64,000 bases of DNA from a bacterium (GTDB lineage: Bacteria; SAR324; JACQKK01): assembly GCA_965205845.1 (NCBI GenBank), contig CBDBIG010000003.1:110040-174039 (forward strand). Direction: 5' to 3'. Numbering within the stretch: position 1 is the stretch's first letter; each line of letters opens with the position of its first letter. The translations under genes and the position numbers were made by a program. The notes below the pieces were generated by a model. That model had not been told where the DNA came from, ran no database searches, and saw only the letters and a program-made list of their open reading frames with translations. Of this stretch, positions 1 through 9,831 are shown piece by piece.

Positions 1-374
1 ACGCTGCTTCTTAAGTTGTGATGCCTTCTTTTTTTAAAAAAGCCCTGGAGAGGTTTTTGACAATGGTTACGTTTTGCGAAGCACCATTTCAAATGGAGGT
101 TTTCGACGCGGACCAACAGTTCCATACGTATATCAAATACCCGTTTGTATCAACCGTGTTTTGTTGTTTTTAGCGTATTTTTTATAGTACGCTCCATGCG
201 GGTCTAAGGCACCAAACGCACCTAGAACCAAACGGGGTTTCTCGCTTTTTAGCACGCATAAACCCAGCACCAACCCACACACCTGCCAACTATATGTACC
301 ATGCTGCCTTAGCGTTGGTCATTAAAGGCGAACCTTGCGCATGGCGTGATGAACCGCAGGATGCTTTTTTTAAA

Positions 375-447
375 AGCTGGCGAAGGGACTTGAACCCCCA
401 ACCTGCGCATTACAAATGCGCTGCTCTACCAGTTGAGCTACGCCAGC
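375..447 (-). tRNA. tRNA-Thr (anticodon UGU)
   Basis: Reverse complement reads GCTGGCGTAGCTCAACTGGTAGAGCAGCGCATTTGTAATGCGCAGGTTGGGGGTTCAAGTCCCTTCGCCAGC plus discriminator. 7-bp acceptor stem GCTGGCG/CGCCAGC. Anticodon stem GCGCA/TGCGC with loop TTTGTAA (TGT). GGTTCAAGTCC T-loop. No encoded CCA. Confidence 0.88.
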
Positions 448-632
448 AATTGCGTCATATCCGTTATACACTTTGCATACCTTCATTTTACAAACTACCA
501 AACGACAGCCGCTCCATTGTGCACATTCATATCCTTAGAGACAAGGCATAAAGTAAAAACAACAAGCAAGAACCAACGGTTTGCGTTGACACGCTACCAG
601 CAACCATCTTTTTAAAAAGGGCTCTTCAAAAT

Positions 633-1796
633 ATGCGCTTAGAAACCACTCTTATTCATAGCGAACGTGAACCTCGTAAAAACAAAGGCATTGTCAATCC
701 GCCCGTCTACCACATGTCGACCGTGTTGTATGATGACATCGAGAGTTTTTCTAAGCGTGGTGAGCGCCGCCTATCCCAAACGGAGATAGGCTATGGGGCG
801 CAAGGCTCACCTTTGTCTTATAGCCTGGGGCGCATGTTTTCTGAATTAGAAGGGGGCTTTGGTGCGGTTATGACCTGCACTGGATTGAGTGCTGTGTCGA
901 TGGCCTTGTCTGCATTTTTAAAAGCGGGCGATCATTTACTGATGGTCGACTCGGTGTACAATCCCACCCGCCATTTCTGCGATTACCACCTACGTCGCAT
1001 GGGCATTGAGGTTGAATACTATGATCCCTGTGTTGGTCAAGGCATTGCCCAGCTTTTGCGTCCTAATACCAGTGTGGTGTATTTGGAAAGCCCTGGCTCA
1101 CTCACCTTTGAGGTGCAAGATATTCCCGCTATTATACAAGCTGTTAAAGGGCGCAGCATTACCACCATTTTAGACAACACATGGTCTGCGGGTGTATTTT
1201 TGAAGCCGCTTCAAATGGGAGTGGATGTGAGTTTGCATGCGGTTACCAAATACCCCGCAGGGCACTCCGACTTGGTCATGGGTGCCATTATTGCCCGCGA
1301 AGAGGCCCATTACCTTAGCCTAAAAGAAACCGTATTGGCCTTTGGTGAAACCGCCCCACCTGACGATAGTTACTTGGCCATGCGCGGAATGCGCAGCATG
1401 ATGGTACGGCTTAAGCACCAAGAAAAAGCGGCCATCACCATGGCTCAATGGCTGCAAAAACAACCCCAAGTCAAGCAAGTGCTTCACCCAGCCCTGCCTA
1501 GTCACCCGCAACATGCCTTATGGAAGCGCGATTTTAGGGGTTCAAGCAGTTTATTTGGCGTAATATTAAACACCCAAAACGAGGCAGCCTACTCTAGAAT
1601 GCTTGATCCCATGGCATTGTTTAAAATGGGTGCCAGTTGGGGCGGGTTTGAAAGCCTTATTCTACCCGTCTTTCCCCAGGAAACCCGCAGCGCAGTTCCT
1701 TGGCAAGCAAAAGAACTGATGGTACGGGTTCACATTGGTTTAGAGCATGAGGAAGATTTGAAGGACGATTTAAAAAAAGCCCTTGAACGCTTATAA
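633..1796 (+). CDS. metC: Cystathionine beta-lyase-like PLP-dependent Cys/Met-metabolism enzyme
   Basis: 387-aa ORF. N-terminus TTLIHSER..GIVNPPVYHMSTV and PLP-lysine context AVTKYPAGHSDLVMG are typical of the family. The beta-lyase versus gamma-synthase choice rests on overall resemblance only. Confidence 0.75.
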   Translation: MRLETTLIHSEREPRKNKGIVNPPVYHMSTVLYDDIESFSKRGERRLSQTEIGYGAQGSPLSYSLGRMFSELEGGFGAVMTCTGLSAVSMALSAFLKAGDHLLMVDSVYNPTRHFCDYHLRRMGIEVEYYDPCVGQGIAQLLRPNTSVVYLESPGSLTFEVQDIPAIIQAVKGRSITTILDNTWSAGVFLKPLQMGVDVSLHAVTKYPAGHSDLVMGAIIAREEAHYLSLKETVLAFGETAPPDDSYLAMRGMRSMMVRLKHQEKAAITMAQWLQKQPQVKQVLHPALPSHPQHALWKRDFRGSSSLFGVILNTQNEAAYSRMLDPMALFKMGASWGGFESLILPVFPQETRSAVPWQAKELMVRVHIGLEHEEDLKDDLKKALERL

Positions 1797-1866
1797 ACAA
1801 GTGCACCTGGCAGGGCTCGTATAGGGGGGATGCCGTGGAGTGGGTCAAAATCTACGCATCAGCGAT

Positions 1867-2108
1867 ATGGAGCACTGCAACCGCCATGACGTAGCCAAAG
1901 CGAACGCTTTAATGGAGCACTGCAACCGCCATGACGTAGCCAAGGCGAACGCTTTAATGGAGCACTGCAACCGCTATGAGCGTAGCCAAGGCGAACGCTT
2001 TAATGGAGCACTGCAACCGCTATGGCGTAGCCAAAGCGAACGCTTTAATGGAGCACTGCAACCGCCATGACGTAGCCAAGGCGAACGCTTTAGTGGAGCA
2101 TTGTAAAT
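1867..2108. repeat. Tandem array, 45-bp unit x ~5.3 (one 46-bp variant)
   Basis: Unit ATGGAGCACTGCAACCGCCATGACGTAGCCAAAGCGAACGCTTTA restarts at 1867, 1912, 1957, 2003 and 2048, with a partial copy at 2093. Units abut directly with no spacers. Confidence 0.95.
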
Positions 2109-2252
2109 GCATTCAATATGCACGCGTTAAAAACGGCCGTTCAGCCCACGCATGCTTTGAGGGCGACCAAAATGGACGTTTTTACAGGGACCCTGGTGGA
2201 GGCGTGCTCGGATTGCAGCACTGACGCGGCGTGCCTGCTCGGATTGGATTTC

Positions 2253-3466
2253 CTAATTGGCATAAGATAGCAAGTGCTTAATGACCGAATGCCCCTGCTC
2301 AATCATCACGCCCGTTTGACTCGAATCGGTTTCGCCGTACTTGTAGTGGGTTTCACGATGCGTTGCATGTTGCATTTGTTGGCTCGACACCATGGCAAAA
2401 GGCGGCGGGTCTGTGCTATGGGTTTTGGTAGCCACGGGAGTTGCGTGATCGGAGGTAAGCAGCATGGTGTAGGGTTGAGGCAGATGTTGCAGCAAGTACC
2501 CAAGCACTTTTTCGTCAATTTGCTCAATGGCTCTAATTTTTTCTGCACGGTTACCCATGTGCCCCGCTTCATCAGGTGCTTCAATGTGTACAAACACCAA
2601 GTCATGATCAACCAGTGCTTTCACGGCGCACCGTGCTTTCGAGCGATAATCGGTATCTAAATACCCCGTCGCTCCTGGGGCATTGATAATCTGAAAGCCT
2701 GCACATGTGGCCACCCCACGTACCAAATCTACCGCAGAAATACAGGCGCCCGCCAAACCATGCAACTGCTTAAAGGTTGGCGTTGACACTGCTGCCCCTT
2801 GACCCCACGGCCATACATGGGTAATGGGTGCCTTGCCTGTAGCTTTGCGTGCTTTATTCACGGGATGCTCTGCAAATAGTTTTTGGGCCGTTTCCATCAT
2901 CTGCCTTAGCACATCAGCACCTTCTCCTTTGGGTAAATGGGGGGCTATTTGCTTGTCGCTAATATCATGGGGCGGGGTAAGTTCTATACCAAGGGGGCAT
3001 TCCGCCACACGAGCAAATGGCGATAGCTCACCCCTGCATGCAGGGCAAACCCATCACGCTCCACTTGCTCTGCCAGGGATTTAAGCAACAAGGTTGATTC
3101 CTCGGTGCTCACATGGCTTCCTGAATAATCGGCCATCACCGCTTGGTCACCTTGGCCAGCAAGGCATACCATATTGATTCTAAATGCCTGGTCGCCTTTT
3201 TGAAGTTTTACGCCCATGGCGGCGGCTTCTAAAGGGGCACGCCCTGTGTAGTAAACGTTTGGGTCATAGCCAAACAGGCTCAAATTGCCCACATCCGACC
3301 CAGGAGGTAGACCTTGAGGAATGGTGCGAATGCGCCCAAACACCCCAGCATTCGCCATTAAATCCATGTTGGGGGTATGTGCTGCCTCTAACGGGGTGGG
3401 TTCTTTGTTAGGTCCCTGCCAGTCACCCATGCCATCGCCTTGAATAATGATATACTTCATCTCCAC
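2253..3466 (-). pseudogene. apgM: Cofactor-independent (ApgM-type) phosphoglycerate mutase, split by a 1-nt frameshift
   Basis: ORF 2984..3466 (MKYIIIQGDGMGD...GVSYRHLLVWRNAPLV*) and ORF 2253..3008 (..CPLGIELTPPHDISDK...HIEAPDEAGHMG...) are the N- and C-halves of one protein in different frames. Adding one C to the C5 run (G5 on + strand, 2994-2998) gives a continuous ...VWRNAPLGIELTPPHDI. Confidence 0.75.
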
Positions 3467-3569
3467 ACGCCTTGTTCCTTCACATCATGGTAGGTTTTGT
3501 TCACATTGAAGAGGTTTTTTCATACCCCTTGGCAAATGATGGGTTTGGCTTCATTTTGCAATGAAACGT

Positions 3570-4802
3570 TCAATCTCCAAATGTTGCCTTATACTTCAAA
3601 TGTTCTTGCCTTTTTTTGATTTTCAGCCTTAAAAATTCCATGGGCTGATTGCCCTTGACACGGTTACAGTTACCACATAGCAGTTGATAGTTTTCGTAAT
3701 AATTCCCACCACCCTTCGACTTAGGAATAATGTGATCAATCTCAAAATGCCTCATGTCGAGTTTATCTTCGCAGCCATTGCACAGCGCACCTTGAAGCTT
3801 GTACAACCGCGCTTTCACAGATTGATTATCTGGCAGCTCTTGGGTGATATCGGTTCGTTGAGGGGTATCGGTTCGATGCACAAAATCAGAAAACAAGCCG
3901 GCATCATCGCTTAACCTTTGGAGCAAAATATCGACCGCTTTTACTTCAATATCAACCCCGATCCACCGCCGTTGTAATTGCTGTGCTGCCACCATGGTTG
4001 TGGCACACCCACAAAATGGGTCGAGGATAACATCCCCTTCATCGCTTGAGGCTTTAACAATCCGCTCAAGTAACTTTAGGGGTTTTTGGGTGGGGTAACC
4101 CAGCCGTTCTTTTGCCATATTATTGATAGTCGGGATTCGCCAAACATCATGCGGTAATTTTCCTTTAGGGTTTGGTTTGTATCTAGCATCCTTCGCATAA
4201 CCGCTAGTTTTTAACCAATTACTATCTTCGGCGTAAGGTTCTCTCACGTCTTCCACATTGAAGGTATTTTTTGCACCCTTTGAATAGCAAAGGATAATGT
4301 CGTGCTTCCTTCCAAAGAATTTCTTTGATGTTGATGCAGCGTTATAGTAGTGCCAAACAATCTCATTCCTAAAATGGTTCTTACCAAACACCTTGTCCAT
4401 GATGATTTTAAGGTAATGGCTGGCAGTTGGGTCAACGTGCAAGTAAAGGCTTCCTGTTGATTTTAAGACACGGTGCATTTCAATTATTCTTTGTGCCATA
4501 TAGGTAATATACGACATCATCGGTTTACCATGGATGCCTTCGATCAACTGAATAAACTCAACCATAAATGGATAATCTACCAAACGCTCCAAATAGAATT
4601 CATCCACATCTTGCCACGTCCACATGTCCTTAAAGCTTGCTCCAGCCGATTTGCTCCCCACAGGTGCAGAATACGTACGTTTGCTGTTGAATGGTGGATC
4701 AAGATAAATAAGGTCAACAGACTCGCTGTTAAGCCCATTCAAAATATAGAGATTATCTCCTGTAAACAACGTATTCGTCATGAAACCATCAAGCCTTTGC
4801 AA
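3570..4802 (-). CDS. Beta-class N6A/N4C DNA methyltransferase fused to a C-terminal HNH endonuclease domain
   Basis: Motif IV DPPFNS lies near the N-terminus and AdoMet motif I ILDPFCGCATT lies later, which is the beta-class order. C-terminus CNGC..FEIDHIIPKSKGG..NYQLLCGNCNRVKGN is an HNH with flanking Cys pairs. The 4802 start is TTG; the ATG at 4781 (MTNTLFTGDNL) is more likely. Visibly AT-richer than its neighbours. Confidence 0.85.
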   Translation of the reverse strand: MQRLDGFMTNTLFTGDNLYILNGLNSESVDLIYLDPPFNSKRTYSAPVGSKSAGASFKDMWTWQDVDEFYLERLVDYPFMVEFIQLIEGIHGKPMMSYITYMAQRIIEMHRVLKSTGSLYLHVDPTASHYLKIIMDKVFGKNHFRNEIVWHYYNAASTSKKFFGRKHDIILCYSKGAKNTFNVEDVREPYAEDSNWLKTSGYAKDARYKPNPKGKLPHDVWRIPTINNMAKERLGYPTQKPLKLLERIVKASSDEGDVILDPFCGCATTMVAAQQLQRRWIGVDIEVKAVDILLQRLSDDAGLFSDFVHRTDTPQRTDITQELPDNQSVKARLYKLQGALCNGCEDKLDMRHFEIDHIIPKSKGGGNYYENYQLLCGNCNRVKGNQPMEFLRLKIKKRQEHLKYKATFGD

Positions 4803-4952
4803 GTTCGTTTTGGGTCAGTAAAGCCTGTGGTATTTTTTAATTCCTCAAGGTGCATGTCCTCATCTCAGAGGACAACGGCTCGCGCGGACAACAAAAAGGC
4901 ACATATCCCCTTCGATCCCTTCCCCTATTGCCCCACCACCACCAACCCATGC

Positions 4953-6107
4953 TTAATGCACGCTAATATGTAAGATGTCCACTCGGTTGGCTACACGCGT
5001 ATTGGCATTGCGCGGTACGTAAAGAAGGGCTTTTAGGGTGGCTGTGATTCGACCTACCTCGGTTTGCAGGCTGACATAGTAGCGCTCGTTGTGGGTTGAA
5101 AAGAGGAAATTGGTTCCATAGTTGTCACGAAAACCTGCATTGTTTAAATACGTGCTCAAGCTTTGCGGGTTATGAACCACGCGGGGTTGTGTTTTTGTGT
5201 TGGGGGCAAAGGCATTTGCCAATGTGTCTGCCTCATCAATGTAGCGGTTAATGCCACGTTGAATGGCCACATTGTTTGCTTGGGTTAACTGCTTTGTTAC
5301 GCGGCGGTTTTGTAGGTGCTGCATAATCTCTTCAGCACTGGCGAGGTTTACATTAATTTTTCCCAAATACAATAAGGTGTTGCTCCGTCTTGGCCATACC
5401 ATCAAATTGTCTGCCCAACTGTGCCACGAAAAACGGCTTTCGCCTACCCCACGCACCAAGCGAAACTCCTCTAAAAAATCGAGCGGCGCATTTTTAATTT
5501 GTACCTGAGGCCTTTGCCCAAAAAGGTTATCGTCCTCTATTCCAGCACTGCCATCGGGTGCGACATAAACGCTTTGATCAACGTCAACCCAATCGGTTAA
5601 AGCCGCATAAATGGAACTTAATTGGTTGTCTGTTAGCCTCCCCTGGGTGTCCTCGCCTTTTGCGTCGATTTGAGGCACATCGGCAAAGGTGTTTAAAAAG
5701 ATACGCCAGCGCAAGTAGTCTTGATCGGTGCCCTGGCGAATAGTGGCCAGTTCATTCACGGCAAATAAGTGATCGATAGGGGTTACATTTAATGCGCGTA
5801 AAAACCCTTCATCTAACGGCGCAGGGGTAACATTGAGTACATTTTGAATTCGCTTTAAGGAAGAGAAAAAAACGAGTTCGTCAAGATGCAACCCCGCCTG
5901 AACACCGCGAAGAGTGGCTTTGGCCAGTGCCCTTGCCCTTATCGAATCGCGATGATTAGAAACCGCCTGTAAATCGACCCCTGTATAAAAAAACACTTGG
6001 GTAACAAAGATTGTAAGCAGCGTAACCACCAGCAACACGGTGAGTAAAGCAGCCCCTCTTGCTTTTGGATCAGGCCCGTTTTTGCTACGTTGTTCCAGAT
6101 AAACCAT
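4953..6107 (-). CDS. gspK: Type II secretion minor pseudopilin GspK
   Basis: N-terminal hydrophobic segment GAALLTVLLVVTLLTIFV. GspK-like motifs LTDWVDVDQ and INVNLASAEEIM. Last gene of the pseudopilin row. Confidence 0.8.
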   Translation of the reverse strand: MVYLEQRSKNGPDPKARGAALLTVLLVVTLLTIFVTQVFFYTGVDLQAVSNHRDSIRARALAKATLRGVQAGLHLDELVFFSSLKRIQNVLNVTPAPLDEGFLRALNVTPIDHLFAVNELATIRQGTDQDYLRWRIFLNTFADVPQIDAKGEDTQGRLTDNQLSSIYAALTDWVDVDQSVYVAPDGSAGIEDDNLFGQRPQVQIKNAPLDFLEEFRLVRGVGESRFSWHSWADNLMVWPRRSNTLLYLGKINVNLASAEEIMQHLQNRRVTKQLTQANNVAIQRGINRYIDEADTLANAFAPNTKTQPRVVHNPQSLSTYLNNAGFRDNYGTNFLFSTHNERYYVSLQTEVGRITATLKALLYVPRNANTRVANRVDILHISVH

Positions 6108-6170
6108 TTTTTAATCGCTGTTTTGTCAAAAAACTGCTCAAAATGGGCGTCGCTTAAAACCAACACACAT

Positions 6171-6899
6171 TTATGGAGTTGCCTTTGTGCGTAAGGCAGA
6201 ATACAGGGTCTGTTCAAGGTTAAAAGTCAGTTGTTCTTTAAAAATTTTGCCCGAATCACTTTGAATGGCCATGGTAAAACGCACCGCAACGGGCATCCGG
6301 TCGTTTTTTTGGCGTGAAACAGCCTGCCATTCCTTAACCCAACCACGCTCCTCATCCGCATGTAAGGGCAAAAGCTCGAGCACAAAGGCTTGAACACCCG
6401 TTGCCAGTACTTGCTTAATGCCCCCCTGATCGATATCACTGTCAATGTAGTAATCCTCGCGACGCACCAGCATAAATGTGTCGTTTTTTTGCGTAATTTC
6501 GTAGCCTGCCTCGTGTACATAAGGGTCGAGTAAAGGCTTGGCATTGCGGTGCAACCTTGCTCTGCCCACCACATGCATGAAAACCCAAGAGAACATTTTG
6601 CCACCCACCCTGCGCGAACCCAACTCAATGCCCGAGGGTTGTTGAACTTCGATCAGGGAGGTTAAGTAACGCGCTGAGCGTAAATCTTCACTGACCACAT
6701 GCATTAACAAGCGGAGCTTTTGTTGGCTTTGAATGTTTTGATTAAGGGTTTTGCTATGAAAGGCTATTTGGTTAAAAGAGGTATAAGCTAGGGTAATGAT
6801 GACCGAGAGCAGGGCAATGGCCAACAACACCTCAAGCAGTGTAAATGCTGACAAAATGCCTTTTAATGACGATTCAGGGGGACGGGGTATTTGAACCAA
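6171..6899 (-). CDS. gspJ: Type II secretion minor pseudopilin GspJ
   Basis: Prepilin-type N-terminus AFTLLEVLLAIALLSVII. Size and position between gspI and gspK. Confidence 0.65.
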   Translation of the reverse strand: MVQIPRPPESSLKGILSAFTLLEVLLAIALLSVIITLAYTSFNQIAFHSKTLNQNIQSQQKLRLLMHVVSEDLRSARYLTSLIEVQQPSGIELGSRRVGGKMFSWVFMHVVGRARLHRNAKPLLDPYVHEAGYEITQKNDTFMLVRREDYYIDSDIDQGGIKQVLATGVQAFVLELLPLHADEERGWVKEWQAVSRQKNDRMPVAVRFTMAIQSDSGKIFKEQLTFNLEQTLYSALRTKATP

Positions 6900-6902
6900 T
6901 GC

Positions 6903-7394
6903 TTAGTTTGCGGGCAGATTTAAGGTTGAGGTATAGGACCGTGGCTGCTCTTTATCCCCCCATTCCAAGGCAAATTCAACCTTTTTAATGCTGACTCCCG
7001 GAAAGGGTTGGGTGTTGCGGACACTGCGCCGCCAGCGATAATGGGCCAGTGGATGATTGGAAGGGTAAACCCCTTGGGTGACGGCAATGAGAGGCGTGGT
7101 AGGAGAACGCTCAATGCGAGCCATTTCCTGGTTTACAAAGCGAAAAGCGCGCCAGAGTTCATTGGAGGTTTGGTGAGTTAACAGTGCAGAGCTAAATGCC
7201 TGATGCACTGCAAGCAACGAAATGCTCAAAATCAAGGCCGCTACCAGCACCTCAAGCAATGTAAACCCCGTTTGTTTTGGCACGCCGCCGCTTCCCTGGC
7301 ATCGTAACCCAGCATCCATTGGGCTTACCGCACCCAAACCAGACCTCGGAGCCATGGGCCTACCATCGATGTATTTAGGGGATAATATCCACAT
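6903..7394 (-). CDS. gspI: Type II secretion minor pseudopilin GspI
   Basis: Prepilin-type motif TGFTLLEVLVAALILSISLL. The annotated N-terminal extension is probably too long; internal Met starts at 7355 or 7319 are plausible. Confidence 0.6.
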   Translation of the reverse strand: MWILSPKYIDGRPMAPRSGLGAVSPMDAGLRCQGSGGVPKQTGFTLLEVLVAALILSISLLAVHQAFSSALLTHQTSNELWRAFRFVNQEMARIERSPTTPLIAVTQGVYPSNHPLAHYRWRRSVRNTQPFPGVSIKKVEFALEWGDKEQPRSYTSTLNLPAN

Positions 7395-7926
7395 GCCCTT
7401 CCAACACTTTCACCTCTGCTAAAATCGAGGATTGCAAAGACCGCTTGCCTTTAGGGGTCAGCAATTGCCATACAAAGGGGTCAGCAAACCCCAAGGAATC
7501 CACACGCAAGCTGGCCTCGCCATTATCCTTTATAGGGCCACCACTCAACACGCGCAAAACCTTTAGCGCAGAAGAAAGGCGATAAGGTCGCATGATATGG
7601 GGGGTTTTACGCAGCTGACGCTTACCTTCTTTATCTTCGCTTTCAATACGATAGCCACCCTTCTCAATTTCTAAAACCAACCAATATGCTTGGCGATTAA
7701 GCACAGCTTCCTGGCGCAACAGCTGCAGCACACTTTGTAAGCGTGCTGCCTCTTTCTCCAAACTCACCTCAAAAAACCCGCGCCACGTGGGTGCCGAAAA
7801 CACCGCAACTATGGACAGCAAAACCACCACCACCAGCACTTCAAGCACACTAAAGGCCTTTGCTACGCCGTTTTTGCCTGGCTTGCAGGCCATCAAGGTG
7901 CGCGGAATAGGGCATAAAGGCATCAT
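7375..7926 (-). CDS. gspH: Type II secretion minor pseudopilin GspH
   Basis: Pseudopilin N-terminus KAFSVLEVLVVVVLLSIVAV. Position directly after gspG. Confidence 0.6.
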   Translation of the reverse strand: MMPLCPIPRTLMACKPGKNGVAKAFSVLEVLVVVVLLSIVAVFSAPTWRGFFEVSLEKEAARLQSVLQLLRQEAVLNRQAYWLVLEIEKGGYRIESEDKEGKRQLRKTPHIMRPYRLSSALKVLRVLSGGPIKDNGEASLRVDSLGFADPFVWQLLTPKGKRSLQSSILAEVKVLEGHVDIIP

Positions 7927-7929
7927 GGC

Positions 7930-8430
7930 TTAAAAGTCATCGCTGGTAATATCCGCCGCAAAATCAACCCCTCCTTCGACGCCATCTGCACCATATGAGT
8001 AAATAACGTAATCTCCGCCCGTCGAGGTATAGCCAAACCCATTACTCCAACCATCACTAGGCAATACCTTGCTGGTTAAGTAAGGCCCCTGCCAGTTTTT
8101 AGGAACCACCCCCACCCCGGGTTTGCGCAGCAAGGCTTCTAGCCCTTGTTTGGTATCGGGGTAAATGGCATTGTGTAAGCGGTATAAAGCAAGGGCAGAG
8201 CGTAACTGACCTATTTGAATTTGGGTAGCCTTCACCCGCGCTCTATCGCTTTCAGCAAATAAAGAAACCGCCACCACACTGGCAAGCATGGCCAAAATAA
8301 CCACCACCACCAGCACTTCAATAAAGGTGAAACCACCAAGATGGCACATGGTTTGGGAACCACGCTTCCTTGGAATAAAGCTTAAGGGGATGCTATCTCG
8401 ATGTTGCATGGTATCCGGTTTTTTTTTCAT
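7930..8430 (-). CDS. gspG: Type II secretion major pseudopilin GspG
   Basis: Prepilin cleavage/methylation motif GG|FTFIEVLVVVVILAMLA. C-terminal SDGWSNGFGY..YSYGADGVEGG resembles the GspG calcium-loop region. A short leader implies the ATG at 8349 (MCHLGGFTFIE) rather than 8430. Confidence 0.9.
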   Translation of the reverse strand: MKKKPDTMQHRDSIPLSFIPRKRGSQTMCHLGGFTFIEVLVVVVILAMLASVVAVSLFAESDRARVKATQIQIGQLRSALALYRLHNAIYPDTKQGLEALLRKPGVGVVPKNWQGPYLTSKVLPSDGWSNGFGYTSTGGDYVIYSYGADGVEGGVDFAADITSDDF

Positions 8431-8566
8431 GTTTGTTTTTGTCTATGGTGGATCATCTTTTTTTTAAAACCACCCAATACATCCCAAGGTATATCCGGTG
8501 ATATGCACGCCCCCCACATCCCATTGTAAAGGGTATTTTTCTCTTTTGTCATGGCTTGCCAACAGC

Positions 8567-9817
8567 TTAGCGTACCAATTGGTTGAGTTGTAACAAGGGT
8601 AGCAGTACCGAAAGCACAATAAAACCCACCACCAAACCCATTAGCAAAATTAGCACGGGTTCCATCAAGGCAGATAGGGCATCAATCCGCGAGGTCGTTT
8701 GCTGCTCATAGCGTTCTGCAATGTGGGTCAGCATCACCTCCAAATCCCCTGTTTCCTCACCAATCGACACCATTTGGCACACATCTTCACCAAAAAAAAG
8801 TGCTTTCCTAAGCGCAGAAGCGAGGGTAACTCCGTGATTTTGCACCTGTAAAATCACTGCTTGGAGAGCTTGGCGAAAAAGGTGATTGTCCATGACCTGG
8901 CCTGCTACATGCAAAGCTTGGCGCAATTCAACCCCGCTTGCCAGCAATGCCGCCAAGGTGTTGGCAAAACGATGGACCAACAATTGATGGCGCAACTTAC
9001 CCCATAAAGGCAGTTGCAATTCCCAACGTGCCCAAAACAGCTGACCTTTATGGCTCCGAAACCAGCGAAGGGAAAAAACCCAGGCCAACGTGAGCAGTAT
9101 AATCATCAACCACCACCAATTCACCAAGGCTTCGCTGATGGCAATAAGCATGCGGGTAGGCAGTGGCAATTGCGCATTGAATTGATCAAACAAACGGCTG
9201 ATGCGTGGAATTACAAACAAAACCAAGAACATGGTAACAGCAAAGCCAAAGCAGGTCATAAACAAGGGGTAAGCGGCCGCGCTCAGCAATTTGGTTTCTA
9301 ATCGATGCTGGCGCTCATAATGGTTGGCCAAGCGTTCCATCACCCTTTCGAGGGACGCACTCACCTCCCCTGCACGCATCATATTCACCATTAAGGGGGG
9401 AAAACACTGGGATTGCGTGGCCATGGCGTCCGCCAAATATACCCCACTTTGTACTTGGGCTTGTACCTCACCCAGAGCTGTGCGGAGCAAAGGAGAAGAG
9501 GATTCGCGGATAAGCATGCCAAGGGCTGCATCATAAGGTAGGCTCGCCTTTAACAACACCCGCATTTGTCGCATAAACGCACTTAAATCGGCTGCACCCA
9601 ATTTGGGGCGCAGACCGATGCCATGCAAGCGCAGCCACGCCATGACCCCGGGGGGTACTTCTTTTAGATCGGTGGCATGAATGCCATGCAAGCGCAACCA
9701 TGTACGGGCTTCGCGTTCTGTATTTGCAGAAAATTGCCCTTTTACAACGGCTCCTTGCTGATCGATTCCCTTATAGGCGTACAAATCATCTCCCTCTGCC
9801 AAGGGTTTTTGACCCAA
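8567..9817 (-). CDS. gspF: Type II secretion inner-membrane platform protein GspF
   Basis: 416 aa with two T2SS-F-type repeats, three hydrophobic segments and the GEETGDLEVML motif. Confidence 0.85.
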   Translation of the reverse strand: MGQKPLAEGDDLYAYKGIDQQGAVVKGQFSANTEREARTWLRLHGIHATDLKEVPPGVMAWLRLHGIGLRPKLGAADLSAFMRQMRVLLKASLPYDAALGMLIRESSSPLLRTALGEVQAQVQSGVYLADAMATQSQCFPPLMVNMMRAGEVSASLERVMERLANHYERQHRLETKLLSAAAYPLFMTCFGFAVTMFLVLFVIPRISRLFDQFNAQLPLPTRMLIAISEALVNWWWLMIILLTLAWVFSLRWFRSHKGQLFWARWELQLPLWGKLRHQLLVHRFANTLAALLASGVELRQALHVAGQVMDNHLFRQALQAVILQVQNHGVTLASALRKALFFGEDVCQMVSIGEETGDLEVMLTHIAERYEQQTTSRIDALSALMEPVLILLMGLVVGFIVLSVLLPLLQLNQLVR

Positions 9818-9831
9818 AATAGTACATGTTT

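Noticed and set aside
294-615. Track ORFs 294..551 and 433..615 (+)
   Set aside because: They run straight across the tRNA-Thr gene (375-447, minus strand) and show no protein-like features. They are artefacts.
1840-2224. Repeat-peptide ORFs (MEHCNRHDVAKANAL...) and similar ORFs over the other arrays (24183..24458, 48242..48752 on both strands, 52089..52519 in three frames)
   Set aside because: Several overlapping frames and strands are open only because the DNA is a tandem repeat. There is no RBS, and indels between units break the frames. They are treated as non-coding repeats.
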